A stretch of DNA of 64,000 nt from positions 67,397-131,396 of the forward strand of contig JBBRSB010000009.1 of assembly GCA_038245785.1 (NCBI GenBank), read 5' to 3'. The translations under genes were made by a program, and so were the position numbers. Shown one piece after another: positions 1 through 10,132 of the stretch. The notes beneath the pieces are model-generated. The model worked only from the letters and a program-made list of their open reading frames with translations, did not search any database and was not told the DNA's origin. This DNA comes from Gloeobacterales cyanobacterium. GTDB taxonomy: Bacteria; Cyanobacteriota; Cyanobacteriia; Gloeobacterales; PMM-0068. The first letter of the stretch is position 1. Every line of letters starts with the position of its first letter.

Positions 1-1
1 T

Positions 2-1003
2 CTAGACCAATTAAGGAGCGGAGCCAGTACGCGCGTCGAAGAACAGCAGACAGCCCAAAAAGAAGACCCTTTAGATTTTGCGCTCTGGAAAGATGCCAAG
101 CCTGGAGAACCAAGTTTTGAATCCCCTTTTGGCTCCGGTCGCCCTGGATGGCACATTGAATGCTCCGCCATGGTCCAAAAGTGCTTAGGCGATACGGTTG
201 ATATTCATGCAGGGGGCGAAGATCTACAGTTCCCGCACCACGAAAACGAAATTGCTCAATCAGAAGCGATGACGGGTAAGCCTTTAGCTAAGTACTGGAT
301 GCACAACGGCTTCATCCGCATTAATAGCGAAAAGATGTCTAAGTCTTTGGGCAATTTCACAACGATTCGGGAACTGGTCAAAAACTATGACCCGATGGCG
401 TTAAGACTGTTTTTTCTCCAGACCCATTATCGAGCACCGATTGATTTTACAGATACGGCTTTAGATGCTGCGGTCAGAGGCTGGGAAACCATTAGAGATG
501 CATTGCTCTTTGGTGAACAAGAATTCTCTAATGCTATTACCGAAAGCTTCTTAGAATCCCCTCAAAAACGTTTTCAAGAAGCCATGGATAATGACTTCAA
601 TACTTCAGAAGCAATAGCTCTACTGTTTGAATTAGCAAAACCCTTAGTCACCGCCCGAAATAAAAAAATGCACGGGGATACTGTTGAGAATAAAGAAACT
701 CTGATGCTGGAATGGCAAACATTGAAGCAATTGTCTGAAGTTTTGGGTCTTACTATTTCGCGTCCGGGTTATCTTTACCTACAGCCTGGGATTACAAGAG
801 CTTCTGATAGTCTCAAATTTTCTGACAAGCCTGCAGACTCTAGCATCGAAGAACAAATAGTCTTACGAACTAAAGCTAAAGCGGCTAAAGATTTTTCTGA
901 AGCTGACCGTATTCGCAATGAGTTAAAAGCTCAGGGGATTGTGCTCATTGATAAAAAAGCAGCAGATGGAACTTTAGAAACAATATGGCATCGAGAAGAG
1001 TAG
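2..1003 (+). CDS. cysS: cysteine--tRNA ligase (5' part lies outside the window)
   Basis: Frame is open from base 2: DFALWK, GRPGWHIECSAM, DIHAGGEDLQFPHHENE and KMSKS motifs, C-terminal ADRIR anticodon-binding helix. Confidence 0.98.
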   Translation, partial: LDQLRSGASTRVEEQQTAQKEDPLDFALWKDAKPGEPSFESPFGSGRPGWHIECSAMVQKCLGDTVDIHAGGEDLQFPHHENEIAQSEAMTGKPLAKYWMHNGFIRINSEKMSKSLGNFTTIRELVKNYDPMALRLFFLQTHYRAPIDFTDTALDAAVRGWETIRDALLFGEQEFSNAITESFLESPQKRFQEAMDNDFNTSEAIALLFELAKPLVTARNKKMHGDTVENKETLMLEWQTLKQLSEVLGLTISRPGYLYLQPGITRASDSLKFSDKPADSSIEEQIVLRTKAKAAKDFSEADRIRNELKAQGIVLIDKKAADGTLETIWHREE

Positions 1004-1025
1004 AACTCTTGAGATCCCCCGTTCC

Positions 1026-1103
1026 TCGCCCCCCTGCCCCCCAATTCTGGGGGGTTCTGTGCTCAAAGTCCCCCAGTATTGGGGGATTTAGGGGGCGGTT
1101 CAG
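1026..1103 (+). repeat. dispersed GC-rich double-hairpin repeat (MITE-like core), copy 1
   Basis: CGCCCCCCTGCCCCCCAATTCTGGGGGG...CAAAGTCCCCCAG.ATTGGGGGATTTAGGGGGCGGTTCAG, near-identical to 12286-12361 and to the reverse complement of 40811-40911. Confidence 0.9.
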
Positions 1104-1161
1104 CTAAAGATTTGAATTAGCCTAAGCATTTCATCTTGATCTCATTTTTTCGCACTAGCAT

Positions 1162-1668
1162 GTGAAAACAAATCAACGAACTCTTACACAGGCATCTAAC
1201 GTTATGGCAATCAATCTGCTTGCATTGGGTCATCCTTTGATTGGTCTGGCAACTGTAGCAACTGCAGGAACTGCGGCATTTTATGGTTGGCGTTATCGTC
1301 AAGCAAGATTGGGTAAAGGAGCCGATAGGCCAAGACCTCCCCAGATCCTAGCTATTCAGATACGGCATCAGCAAATTGGCTATGTCTTGATTGGCTTAAG
1401 TATTGTTTCTTTGATAGGAGGTACCATCATTACAGGAATCTTAGAGAAGCAAATCCCCAAGCTAGAAGACATTCTAGATGGCACCCCTCATGAAACCGCT
1501 GCTAGACTGCTGGTAGTCCTTGTCATTGCCAGTGCGGCTGTAATTCTTGGTTTCCGGCGTAAACCCTGGGCACGGCCTGTTCACCTTGCCCTCAATGGCG
1601 CAATAGTGCTGCTGCTTAGCCTGCAATTGCTTTCAGGACTTGGCATTGTAGGCAAGATACTGCAGTAA
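1162..1668 (+). CDS. DUF4079-like membrane protein
   Basis: Four hydrophobic segments with His residues (GHP, RH, PH, WARPVH.ALN) as in cyanobacterial DUF4079; start may be ATG 1204. Confidence 0.65.
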   Translation: MKTNQRTLTQASNVMAINLLALGHPLIGLATVATAGTAAFYGWRYRQARLGKGADRPRPPQILAIQIRHQQIGYVLIGLSIVSLIGGTIITGILEKQIPKLEDILDGTPHETAARLLVVLVIASAAVILGFRRKPWARPVHLALNGAIVLLLSLQLLSGLGIVGKILQ

Positions 1669-1670
1669 GT

Positions 1671-1883
1671 TCACGACCAGCGATGGTCTATCATCAGTCC
1701 TCTGGATTCCCAGCGTGCCTCTAGAGATTTCTGGAGGGAGAGTGCCTTGCGCAAGGAACGAATAATTTCCTGCACTTGTGCCAAGCTCTCAGGGTCTCGT
1801 TTAGAGACAGCATCGACGGTCACTCTTTCCAATAAAGTGAGCAGCGTTTTGTAGAGGATGTGCGCTGGCGTAGGAACGAACAT
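1671..1883 (-). CDS. DUF5340-like small cyanobacterial protein
   Basis: MFVPTPAHILYKTLLTLLER...LRKALSLQKSLE...DHRWS; ATG at 1883 directly downstream of trpC. Confidence 0.7.
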   Translation of the reverse strand: MFVPTPAHILYKTLLTLLERVTVDAVSKRDPESLAQVQEIIRSLRKALSLQKSLEARWESRGLMIDHRWS

Positions 1884-1887
1884 ACAG

Positions 1888-2781
1888 TTATGAATTCCTG
1901 AGGAGGAGGTTGAGAACGGCTTGTTTGGGGTCTGCTTGGGTGACGAGCGATTCTCCGACAAGGACAGCCCGTACACCCTGTTGAGCAAGGAACACGAGGT
2001 CTTCAGGATGGTGAATCCCTGACTCGGAGACTATGAGAATATCTCTTTTTTGGAGAATTGCCCTCCGTTGATCCAACAGTTCCTTGGTGGTGTGGAGGTC
2101 CACGGTGAAATCTTCCAGGTTACGGTTATTAATACCCAGTAAATCCAGGTCCTCTAACTTTAAAGCTCGGTCTAGTTCCTCTAAGTCATGAACTTCTACG
2201 AGGACTGCCATACCTAGGTTACGAGCAATTTTATTCAGATGCTTAAGGTCTTGGTCCGAGAGTACCGCCACAATCAGCAAAATGGCGTCAGCTCCATGGC
2301 AGCGAGCTTTATAAATCTGATAGGGGCTGAGGATGAAGTCTTTGCAAAGCGTAGGCCGCGCCACGGCTTCTCGGACACGCGCTAAGTTTTCAAAACTGCC
2401 CTGAAAAAATTTTTGGTCAGTGAGAACTGAAAGTGCATCTGCTCCTCCTTTGTCATAGGCCTGTGCGATTTCCACAGCATCAAAGTCTTCGCGCAAAAGC
2501 CCTTTACTTGGTGAAGCTTTTTTCACTTCAGCAATCAAAGCTACGGGATGAGGACTCTGCGCTAGAGCACCTCTGAAATCTCTGACAGGGGGAGCTAACT
2601 GGAGCTTCTTCTGCAGGCGCTGGAGCGGGAGAGACTCTCGCTCTTGCTGGATTTCTCCATCCTTATGCCAGACGATCTCTTCCAAAATATTCTGGGGCTG
2701 GTCTTCTGGGGGGATGTTGAGATGGAAAGTCAAACGCTCAACGGAAATAGATGAATGGAAAGGGCGACGACGAATCTTCAT
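1888..2781 (-). CDS. trpC: indole-3-glycerol phosphate synthase
   Basis: [35 protein letters not shown] and VSESGI motifs. Confidence 0.98.
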   Translation of the reverse strand: MKIRRRPFHSSISVERLTFHLNIPPEDQPQNILEEIVWHKDGEIQQERESLPLQRLQKKLQLAPPVRDFRGALAQSPHPVALIAEVKKASPSKGLLREDFDAVEIAQAYDKGGADALSVLTDQKFFQGSFENLARVREAVARPTLCKDFILSPYQIYKARCHGADAILLIVAVLSDQDLKHLNKIARNLGMAVLVEVHDLEELDRALKLEDLDLLGINNRNLEDFTVDLHTTKELLDQRRAILQKRDILIVSESGIHHPEDLVFLAQQGVRAVLVGESLVTQADPKQAVLNLLLRNS

Positions 2782-2830
2782 GGACTAATTATCACCCGCA
2801 ACCTAAGTAAACGGACGTACACTACTACAC

Positions 2831-3520
2831 ATGCTGAAAGCTATTCTCTTAGATGCTGTTGGGACCCTTATCCATCCCATAGAGCCTGTAGGGAAGACCT
2901 ATGCGCGTATAGCCCGCTCCTATGGCATCGAACGCAACGCTGTTACCCTAGGGCATCAATTTGCTACCGTCTTTCCCGCGCTTCCCCGAGTAATTTATAG
3001 CGCCTCCAGTCCAGACCAGTGGGAATCTATGGAAAAGGAATGGTGGAGCTCATTGGTCCAGGCTGTTTTCCAAGAAGAGTTTGCTGATTTCAATATCTTT
3101 TTTGAAGAAGTCTGGCAATACTATGACACTGCGCAAGCTTGGGGAATTTACCCAGAAGTCTCGGAAGTTCTTGAAAAATGGCAAAAGCAAGGCGTACAAC
3201 TGGCCATAGTTTCCAATTTCGATAAACGCTTAATCCATGTTTTGGAAGGGCTGAATTTGGAACATTTCTTTAGTCCCGTTATCCATTCTTCCCTAGCAGG
3301 TGCTGCCAAGCCCGATGCCAAAATATTTACAGCCTGCTTAGACGTACTTGGAGTGAAAGCCGATGAAGCTTTGCATGTTGGGGATTCCTGGCAGGATGAT
3401 GTAATCGGTGCCCTGAGCGCAGGTCTCCCGGCCGCCTGGGTTAAGCGTAGCGGAGAAAAACCTAAAGAACTCCCCTCGGGGGTCCAATGTGTGACCGAAT
3501 TAACAGGATTATTGCGATAA
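2831..3520 (+). CDS. HAD-superfamily hydrolase (subfamily IA, REG-2-like)
   Basis: LLDAVGTL motif I, VSNFD, KPD, HVGDS...DD. Confidence 0.9.
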   Translation: MLKAILLDAVGTLIHPIEPVGKTYARIARSYGIERNAVTLGHQFATVFPALPRVIYSASSPDQWESMEKEWWSSLVQAVFQEEFADFNIFFEEVWQYYDTAQAWGIYPEVSEVLEKWQKQGVQLAIVSNFDKRLIHVLEGLNLEHFFSPVIHSSLAGAAKPDAKIFTACLDVLGVKADEALHVGDSWQDDVIGALSAGLPAAWVKRSGEKPKELPSGVQCVTELTGLLR

Positions 3521-3626
3521 ATATTTCAATCAAAAGAGGCAGATTTTTAGATAGTTCAAAAAGATATTTTATAAAGCAGAAACTTTGGCTATAATTCGTA
3601 CCTGATTCAGTGATGGAGTTTAGGCA

Positions 3627-3833
3627 ATGAGTTCTGAAGCGGTGACTAAGAATATTGTGTCGTGGACTGTTCAAGATGTGGCCCAGTTAGCTTCTCGTTT
3701 GGAAGCTGATGAGTACGCAACTATTTTTGATTCTCTCCAAGACTGGGAGAAGCTAAAGCGGCTTCAGTATATCCGCCCAGACCTTGTGAAACCCTATCTA
3801 CATCTGCTGGAGCTGGAGGAAGACGAAGACTAA
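3627..3833 (+). CDS. DUF2555-like cyanobacterial protein
   Basis: DVAQLASRLEADEY...LQDW..L.....RPDLVKPYLHLL pattern. Confidence 0.75.
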   Translation: MSSEAVTKNIVSWTVQDVAQLASRLEADEYATIFDSLQDWEKLKRLQYIRPDLVKPYLHLLELEEDED

Positions 3834-4039
3834 ACAACTTCTAGATATTGTTCTTCTACAAGGTAGGCACCTCGTTCGAATCGGACTGCCCAGTAACCTC
3901 CAGGTTTGCGGTCCAGAACTACGCCGACCGAACCAACGGGAACTATAGTGGCAGGCTTCATCATCGGCATCGGCTCTGCTGTCATGAAATAGGATGGACT
4001 CTGAATTAGACGAACTGATTCGCCAACCTGAAAAACCAT
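3830..4039 (-). CDS. sipA: SipA, NblS/Hik33-interacting protein (DUF3148)
   Basis: TAEPMPMMKP...G.VLDRKPGGYWAVRFERGAYL signature. Confidence 0.85.
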   Translation of the reverse strand: MVFQVGESVRLIQSPSYFMTAEPMPMMKPATIVPVGSVGVVLDRKPGGYWAVRFERGAYLVEEQYLEVV

Positions 4040-4099
4040 TAGAAATCTCCCTTTTAAAAATTAGGACATCATACACACTCGATTCACCAACCAGGCCCT

Positions 4100-4306
4100 A
4101 TGGAACAGCCTATTTCGCCACAGACCAGCCAAAACAAGCTGGAACGCCATCTTCTTGATACCAACACCGTTACAAAGGAACAGCTTTTGCTAGCTCATAA
4201 GTTTCAGAAACGAGAGCGTGGACCGCTCCTGATGATTCTATGGAAATTGAACTTTATCTCATCTGCTCAGTTTGATGCCCTCATCGATTGGGGCGTGAGC
4301 GCTTAA
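4100..4306 (+). CDS. DUF2949-like protein
   Basis: GPLLMILWKLNFIS..QFD.LIDW pattern. Confidence 0.7.
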   Translation: MEQPISPQTSQNKLERHLLDTNTVTKEQLLLAHKFQKRERGPLLMILWKLNFISSAQFDALIDWGVSA

Positions 4307-4314
4307 GTGTTGAG

Positions 4315-4803
4315 CTAGCGTTTTTCTGCCCTCTTTTCTAACCAGGTGCGCAACTGGGCTTTCCCTGAGACATAGGGAGCAAAGTGATAATGCTCTGCCA
4401 AAAGCCACAGTACTAAAGTGGTGTGGAATAAGAGGGTCACGGTGAACCAGATGGAGGACACCAGTGAGGAAAAAGGTGGACGTATGGACTGACAGATTAC
4501 ATTGACCAGTAAAGGTGGAAAGACGACCAGCACGGCACCAATAATCCAGAGCACTAAAGTCAGGTCTAGATCATCTCGATGAATGGCTTGCCAGGAGCGA
4601 CCATTCCAGCGCCAGTTTAAAGGCTGGGAGCTATCTTCAACGCGGACGGTATTCTCTTCGATATTGGCCGTAAAAATATGCCGACAGAAATTGCAGGAAA
4701 ATGCTTCCGTCATCAGTAGCGCTGAGAGGTCTCCATGCCTGCAAATAGGGCAAGGATAAACATCTCGGTAGTCAATGGTAGATTTTGAGATGGGAATGCT
4801 CAC
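4315..4803 (-). CDS. conserved cyanobacterial zinc-ribbon membrane protein
   Basis: CPIC...CNFC followed by two TM helices. Confidence 0.7.
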   Translation of the reverse strand: MSIPISKSTIDYRDVYPCPICRHGDLSALLMTEAFSCNFCRHIFTANIEENTVRVEDSSQPLNWRWNGRSWQAIHRDDLDLTLVLWIIGAVLVVFPPLLVNVICQSIRPPFSSLVSSIWFTVTLLFHTTLVLWLLAEHYHFAPYVSGKAQLRTWLEKRAEKR

Positions 4804-4900
4804 AGAATTTATGCTTGTGTTTTATATGGCTCCTTCAAGATTCCCTAATTTTTCTACGGAGCGTTCGTTTTTTCACGATTCTTTAAGCCTATTTTATAGT

Positions 4901-5473
4901 TTAGAAAGGACGCCATCCCAAGGGTTGCAGTAAATTCCATACCACGGGCAGAGAAAGGCCCACTACATTGGTGTAGCATCCTTCTATGGCATCGACCAAA
5001 AGGGCTCCATAGCCTTGAATTGCATAGGCCCCTGCTTTGTCCATCGGTTCTTGCGTGGCGATGTAATCGGTAATCTCTTGAGGACTGAGGGAGCGCAGGT
5101 GCACTTTAGTCGTCTGAACATGAGTTTTTTGCGTACTGCCCTGAACCAGAGCTATGCCTGTATAGACTTCATGCCACTGCCCCTGGATGGCTGTCAGCAT
5201 GGCGTGGGCCTCTTCGGCATCTCTGGGTTTGCCCAGGATTTTCTGGTCTAGAACCACAATCGTGTCAGCACCAAGTACGGTCCTTTCGGGATAGCGACCA
5301 GCAACTTCTAAAGCTTTGCCCAATGCCTGTTCTTCTACCAGTTGGTTTGGAGGGATGCCTGGGTGATTATGTTCTTCATAGAGGCTGGAAATCACTTCAA
5401 AAGGGATTCCTGCTTGCGTAAGCAGTTCTTTGCGTCGCGGAGAGTTGGAAGCAAGGATCAGAGGTAAGAGCAT
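4901..5473 (-). CDS. maf: Maf-family nucleoside triphosphate pyrophosphatase
   Basis: LILASNSPRR, GADTIV, GKP, DKAGAYAIQG, NVVGL. Confidence 0.95.
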   Translation of the reverse strand: MLLPLILASNSPRRKELLTQAGIPFEVISSLYEEHNHPGIPPNQLVEEQALGKALEVAGRYPERTVLGADTIVVLDQKILGKPRDAEEAHAMLTAIQGQWHEVYTGIALVQGSTQKTHVQTTKVHLRSLSPQEITDYIATQEPMDKAGAYAIQGYGALLVDAIEGCYTNVVGLSLPVVWNLLQPLGWRPF

Positions 5474-5546
5474 AGGAACGATAAATATTTGGTTCTAAGG
5501 GACTGCGTAGTTAAGATACAGTCAGAAGGTCCAAGGGAAGAACGTC

Positions 5547-6263
5547 ATAGTACAGTACAACCCGTTGCAGTATCTGCCAGCTTCAGCAGAATTGCCTGAT
5601 TCTGACGATACCCATGTAGATAATGAATTTCAAAACCTAATCCCCAACCTATTGTTAGCGATTTTGGCTTGGGCTTGGCAAGACCGTACAGATTGGTTTT
5701 TTGGCGTAGACATGGGGGTTTACCACACGACGGGTCAGAATCCTCGTACTCCCGTCGTGCCCGATGGTTTTCTCAGCCTAGGCGTGGAACGGCGTAAAAG
5801 TGAAAAGGGGCGGTTGAGCTATGTTTTATGGGAAGAAAATTACGTTGTTCCCGCTCTAGTTTTAGAGGTCGTTTCTCAATCCTATGGAGGAGAATACGGC
5901 AAGAAGAAGGCCCTATATGCAACTTTGGGCGTGCTGTATTACGTGGTCTACAACCCTGATTATTCGGCACGGGATAAACATGATTCGCTAGAGGTTTATC
6001 GCCTCATTAAAGGTGAATATGTCCGTCAAGTAGGTGAGCCTATATGGATGCCTGAGATTGGGTTGGGAATTGGGCGAGAACAGGGGACTCACGAAGGCTG
6101 GGAACGTGAGTGGCTCTACTGGTACGACCAAGAAGGTAACCGTTTGCCAACTTCTGAAGAAAGAGCCAATCAAGCAGAAGAACGAGCAAATCAGGCACAA
6201 CAAGAACTTGAATTTTTGGTTGCGAAGTTGCGTGAAAAAGGGATTAATCCTGATACGCTTTAG
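5547..6263 (+). CDS. Uma2 (DUF820) family endonuclease-like protein; expected start codon reads ATA
   Basis: LPDSDDT.VDNE.Q, VPDGFLS, LEVVS, GVLYYVVYNP and C-terminal EERANQA heptads; in-frame ATA-GTA-CAG-TAC-AAC-CCG precedes the TTG at 5565. Confidence 0.85.
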   Translation: MVQYNPLQYLPASAELPDSDDTHVDNEFQNLIPNLLLAILAWAWQDRTDWFFGVDMGVYHTTGQNPRTPVVPDGFLSLGVERRKSEKGRLSYVLWEENYVVPALVLEVVSQSYGGEYGKKKALYATLGVLYYVVYNPDYSARDKHDSLEVYRLIKGEYVRQVGEPIWMPEIGLGIGREQGTHEGWEREWLYWYDQEGNRLPTSEERANQAEERANQAQQELEFLVAKLREKGINPDTL

Positions 6264-6320
6264 CCTGAAGATATACGCGATCATTGAAAGGATGAGAATT
6301 AAGAATAAGCTGCAATCAGT

Positions 6321-6650
6321 CTATACCATAACAACATGAGTTTGAGCTTGGATATTGGGTTGCTCGTTAGCGATGATGCGAATCTCTACGTTGTTGCCAA
6401 GGGCGTTGAGAAACCGAAAAAGGCGTTCTATCGAAAAGCCTGATAACTTGCCACGCATCAATGCCGATACTTTGGGTTGATCAACTCCTAAAAGTTCTGC
6501 TGCCTCAGTTTGAGTAAGTTTGCGTGCCGAGATCAACTCACTGATTTGATGAGCGAGTTCTGCCTTAATCAAAAGTTCATCAGGATTCGGTAGCCCTAAG
6601 TCAGCAAAAACGTTACCACTACTTGAATGTACTTCCATTTCTTCAGTCAT
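6321..6650 (-). CDS. XRE-family HTH antitoxin (HigA-like)
   Basis: SSGNVFADLG, LTQTEAAELLGVDQPKVSALMRGKL.GFSIERL; overlaps the upstream toxin. Confidence 0.9.
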   Translation of the reverse strand: MTEEMEVHSSSGNVFADLGLPNPDELLIKAELAHQISELISARKLTQTEAAELLGVDQPKVSALMRGKLSGFSIERLFRFLNALGNNVEIRIIANEQPNIQAQTHVVMV

Positions 6651-7032
6651 TTTGTTCCTCCTGATTTTTCTGCTTTAAATATACTTCGTAGTGCTCTTTA
6701 GCTCGTTTTAACCGAGTTTCAATCAAGTCTATGTCTTGCTTGGGAGTGGCAATGCCGCACTTTGATTTTTTTTGAAAAGCATGAAGGACATAGATCATTC
6801 CTTCAAATTTCACTGTATAGACTGCTCGGTACGTGTATCCATCAAAATTCTCAACAATTTCGAGAACACTGGAACCCTTAAATCCTTTGAGCGGTTTAGC
6901 ATCAGGATGCTTGCTGCCCAACTGAGCGCGGTACAAAGCGAAACCCATCATTTGCTGAACATCTTCGGGGAATTCCCGTAAGTCGTCACGAGAACTGCTA
7001 ATCCATTCAACGGGTTTCAACAAAAGGCCCAC
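6643..7032 (-). CDS. RelE/ParE-superfamily (Gp49/HigB-like) toxin
   Basis: SS.DDLREFP..VQ..MGFALY.AQ.G, YRAVY, YVLHAFQKKS...TPK.DIDLI; GTG at 7032 is the plausible start. Confidence 0.88.
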   Translation of the reverse strand: MGLLLKPVEWISSSRDDLREFPEDVQQMMGFALYRAQLGSKHPDAKPLKGFKGSSVLEIVENFDGYTYRAVYTVKFEGMIYVLHAFQKKSKCGIATPKQDIDLIETRLKRAKEHYEVYLKQKNQEEQND

Positions 7033-7039
7033 ATTTCTA

Positions 7040-7068
7040 ATTATGCCAATTTTGGCATATTGCGTCAA
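7040..7068 (-). promoter_or_regulatory. sigma70-type promoter with overlapping palindromic operator for the higBA-like operon
   Basis: Minus strand TTGACG-N17-CATAAT; palindrome TATGCCAA-TT-TTGGCATA at 7042-7059. Confidence 0.7.
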
Positions 7069-7182
7069 GTTGGCAGGCCTGAGACTAAAAGCAAAGCTTA
7101 TCTCCCTTCGTGCAGGCTATGAGGCCTCGCCTCAACGAGACCCTGGCGATTAGCCATTAGATGTACAGAGAATCACAAAGCT

Positions 7183-8538
7183 CTAAACGCTATCGGTCAC
7201 ACTGCTGAAATTAAACGCTTTCACCCGCACTCCAGGCACGATGCTGTTACCGTAGCGCTCGACCGTACTGAGCGCATCCACATCTCTGAGCATATCGGGC
7301 AAGCTCTGATTGAAGCGTAAGTTCTTAATCGGGTAGGCAGCTTTGCCATTCTCAATCCAAAATGTTCCATCGCGGGTCATGCCTGTGAGCACAAGCGTTT
7401 TCGGATTCACGTAGCGTACATACCAGGCCCGACTCACCAAAATTCCCCGCTCAGTCTGGGCAATCAGGTCTGTTAAGTTTTGTTCTGTTCCGGTCATCAC
7501 CACAGGACTGAGCGAACCCGTCGGTTCTTTACCCTGCTTCTGCGCCCAATAGCGTGAATAGGAGAGCGTTTTAGGAATTCCATCCTGAACAATAGCTAAC
7601 GTGCAGTTAGGCAGGCCATCCCCGAAAAAAGTGCTTCCTTGCAACAGCGGATGGGCCGGGTTTCGCTGGACCTGAAGCAAAGGGCTAAACATCGCTTCAC
7701 CCAATCGATTCCCTACTGATTTACCAGACTTATCTGTGCGGGACATAAAAGAGCGACCTTCATCTGCTGCTCGTGCGTCCAAATTCCAACTCAACCAACT
7801 GAGCAGGTCGGCAAAAGCAGCTCCATCAAAGACCACAGGATAGCTGCCAGGACTGATTTCGCGGGGTTTGCGGGATTGGAGTGAACGTTCAATGATTTGT
7901 CCTGTTAATTCCTCTATCGGTAACTGGTCCAAAGCCCAGGCGGTGCGCTGACTCCAACTAGATCCATCGTCGATACGCGCGGTGAAGCCAAAATCTGCTT
8001 CTGTAAGTCGGTTATAGGCCCTCAGTCCCTGTGAATTACCGATAGCCCTTACGTAGGCTTCGGTACTTAGCGTCCCTGAACCATCTACGCCAACTGACTT
8101 ACTTAGGGCACACACCTGTTGAATGATTCCCCCTCGCTCCAAGGGCGAAAGATTCGCCGTTCGTTCATCGAAGGCAGGCGTGCGTTCTTCATAGGTTTGT
8201 GGTTCCAGCAGAGGGACCCATTCTGGATCTTCTGGAGCAATCCGGGCTAGAGCTTCAGAACTACGGACGACCGCTTTGATCGCTTGCGGGCTGGAATCGG
8301 TTGTCGAAGCAGAAGCGCGACGACTGCCAAAGTAGCTGGTGGCGGTCAGCGTAAAACGAGTCCGACTGAGATTTTGGGTGATTTGATTGCTGGAATAGCG
8401 GGCCAGCGATTCTTCTCCGGCACTGATACTGACAAAAGCACCTTCCGCTTCAGAGTGCTTCAGGGCCTCTTCGACCAAGGAGAGCGCTTGGTCTTGACTC
8501 AAGATTGATTCGGCGACAGGCAAATTTGCTAAGGTCAC
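7183..8538 (-). CDS. TldE/PmbA family protein
   Basis: AR.ADEGRSF, LTGMTRDGTFWIENG, IKNLRFN; no HExxH; GTGA overlap with the tldD stop. Confidence 0.88.
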   Translation of the reverse strand: MTLANLPVAESILSQDQALSLVEEALKHSEAEGAFVSISAGEESLARYSSNQITQNLSRTRFTLTATSYFGSRRASASTTDSSPQAIKAVVRSSEALARIAPEDPEWVPLLEPQTYEERTPAFDERTANLSPLERGGIIQQVCALSKSVGVDGSGTLSTEAYVRAIGNSQGLRAYNRLTEADFGFTARIDDGSSWSQRTAWALDQLPIEELTGQIIERSLQSRKPREISPGSYPVVFDGAAFADLLSWLSWNLDARAADEGRSFMSRTDKSGKSVGNRLGEAMFSPLLQVQRNPAHPLLQGSTFFGDGLPNCTLAIVQDGIPKTLSYSRYWAQKQGKEPTGSLSPVVMTGTEQNLTDLIAQTERGILVSRAWYVRYVNPKTLVLTGMTRDGTFWIENGKAAYPIKNLRFNQSLPDMLRDVDALSTVERYGNSIVPGVRVKAFNFSSVTDSV

Positions 8539-10022
8539 TGCGGTCCCCCAATCTGGATATTGCGCACCCTCACAGGCACACAGGCATGGGTCATTTGAGC
8601 GATTTGCATCGGCTCTCCCTTGCCGCACATATTCGTTCCACACTGCTCTCGCTCAGAAGCGGGACCGAGCGCATCCACACTGTTCCAGAAATCTGTGGTC
8701 ATCGCCTGGTAGGTAACGTCTTTGAGCATCCCGACCACCTTGCCCTTTTCCACTTTCCAGAAAGCATCTCCACCAAACTGGAAATTGCGCCGCTGTTGGT
8801 CAATCGAAAAGCTGCCAATGCCGTCGATCAGGATACCGTCTTCGGTATCGGCAATCATTTCATCCAACGTAGCAGTGTGAGAACCGCCTTCTACTCCCGG
8901 ATCTAAACCCAAATTCGGAATCCGGACCATCGGCACGCTGGCCCAACTATCGGCATAGGCGCAGCCATTACTCGTGGCCCTTCCCAGGCGATGAGCCGTC
9001 TCTCGGTCTGTCAGATAGTCCACCAAAACACCATCCTTCACCACATGCCAATCCTGAGCAGGTACGCCCTCATCGTCATAGCCGAGGGTGCTGCGGCCTC
9101 CTGCTTGTGTACGGTCAGCCCGGAAGTTAATACAAGGCGCTCCATACTGCAGCGTCCCCTGCTTCTCCGTCGTCGCAAAACTTGTGCCTGCAAAATTGGC
9201 CTCATAGCCATAAACCCGGTCCAATTCTGTCGGATGACCCACCGATTCATGAATGGTCAGAAAGAGATTGGTCGGCTTAAGAATTAAAGTTGTCCGGATA
9301 TCCTGAGGGCCTTTGGGCGCATGCACTTTTTCAATCGCTTCTTCAGCGACGCGGTCCACTTGACTCAAGAGATCTGCTGCCTGGATGTGTTCATAGCCCA
9401 GATTCAGGGGTGCCCGTTCATAGCCACGACTTTGAGCATCTCCGTTAACCACCGCCGTGCAGCCAAATCCTGGATAGCTGCGATAAATGGTCTGCTGAAT
9501 CTCAGACCCTTCCGTAGAGGCAAAGGTTTTCTCTTCGCGGGTGAAATTGAGGAAGGAATGGGCTTTTTTAATGCCCTGTTCTCCATAACTCAGAAGTCTT
9601 TCGTTGAGTTCCATTAGTAAAGCTGCTTTTTCTTCAATCAGAATCGTGAAGGGATCGATCTCAATTGGCGTAACGTAGGTATCGCGGTAAGCCTTAACGG
9701 GCGCTAGCGAAACCCGTGTCTGTTGAGAAAGCCGACTGCCTTTGGCAATCTCTATGGCTAGAGCAACCATCCGTTCTACTTCGGTGGTCGTCGTCCGATG
9801 ACTGGCCGCAAAACCCCAGGCTCCGTCTAGGAGAACCCGCACGCCAAAGCCAGAACTGACGTTGTCTGCCAGATTGCTTAAAGAACGGTCACGGGCGTAA
9901 AGATTCTGGGTGCGGTAGATGCAAAAACGCGCCTCGCCATAGGCACAACCCGCTTTGTGGATCAGGTCAATCGCCAGATTTGCTAGAGATGCCGCAGTAG
10001 TGAGAGCAGGAGCTTGTACCAT
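8535..10022 (-). CDS. tldD: TldD family metalloprotease
   Basis: HESVGHPTELD zinc motif, YDDEG, C-terminal CGKG. Confidence 0.9.
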   Translation of the reverse strand: MVQAPALTTAASLANLAIDLIHKAGCAYGEARFCIYRTQNLYARDRSLSNLADNVSSGFGVRVLLDGAWGFAASHRTTTTEVERMVALAIEIAKGSRLSQQTRVSLAPVKAYRDTYVTPIEIDPFTILIEEKAALLMELNERLLSYGEQGIKKAHSFLNFTREEKTFASTEGSEIQQTIYRSYPGFGCTAVVNGDAQSRGYERAPLNLGYEHIQAADLLSQVDRVAEEAIEKVHAPKGPQDIRTTLILKPTNLFLTIHESVGHPTELDRVYGYEANFAGTSFATTEKQGTLQYGAPCINFRADRTQAGGRSTLGYDDEGVPAQDWHVVKDGVLVDYLTDRETAHRLGRATSNGCAYADSWASVPMVRIPNLGLDPGVEGGSHTATLDEMIADTEDGILIDGIGSFSIDQQRRNFQFGGDAFWKVEKGKVVGMLKDVTYQAMTTDFWNSVDALGPASEREQCGTNMCGKGEPMQIAQMTHACVPVRVRNIQIGGPQ

Positions 10023-10132
10023 GTCAGAGTTAAATGAAGTTGGAAGCCCATTCTAGCGCCTGGCTTAGGGATAAAGATTCTCTCCGTCCCGCTTCCGTTT
10101 TCCATGCTCTATTGACCGATACCTGAAACACC

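Noticed and set aside
6155..6200. 21-bp tandem repeat in Uma2
   Set aside because: Ordinary EERANQA coiled-coil heptads typical of this family
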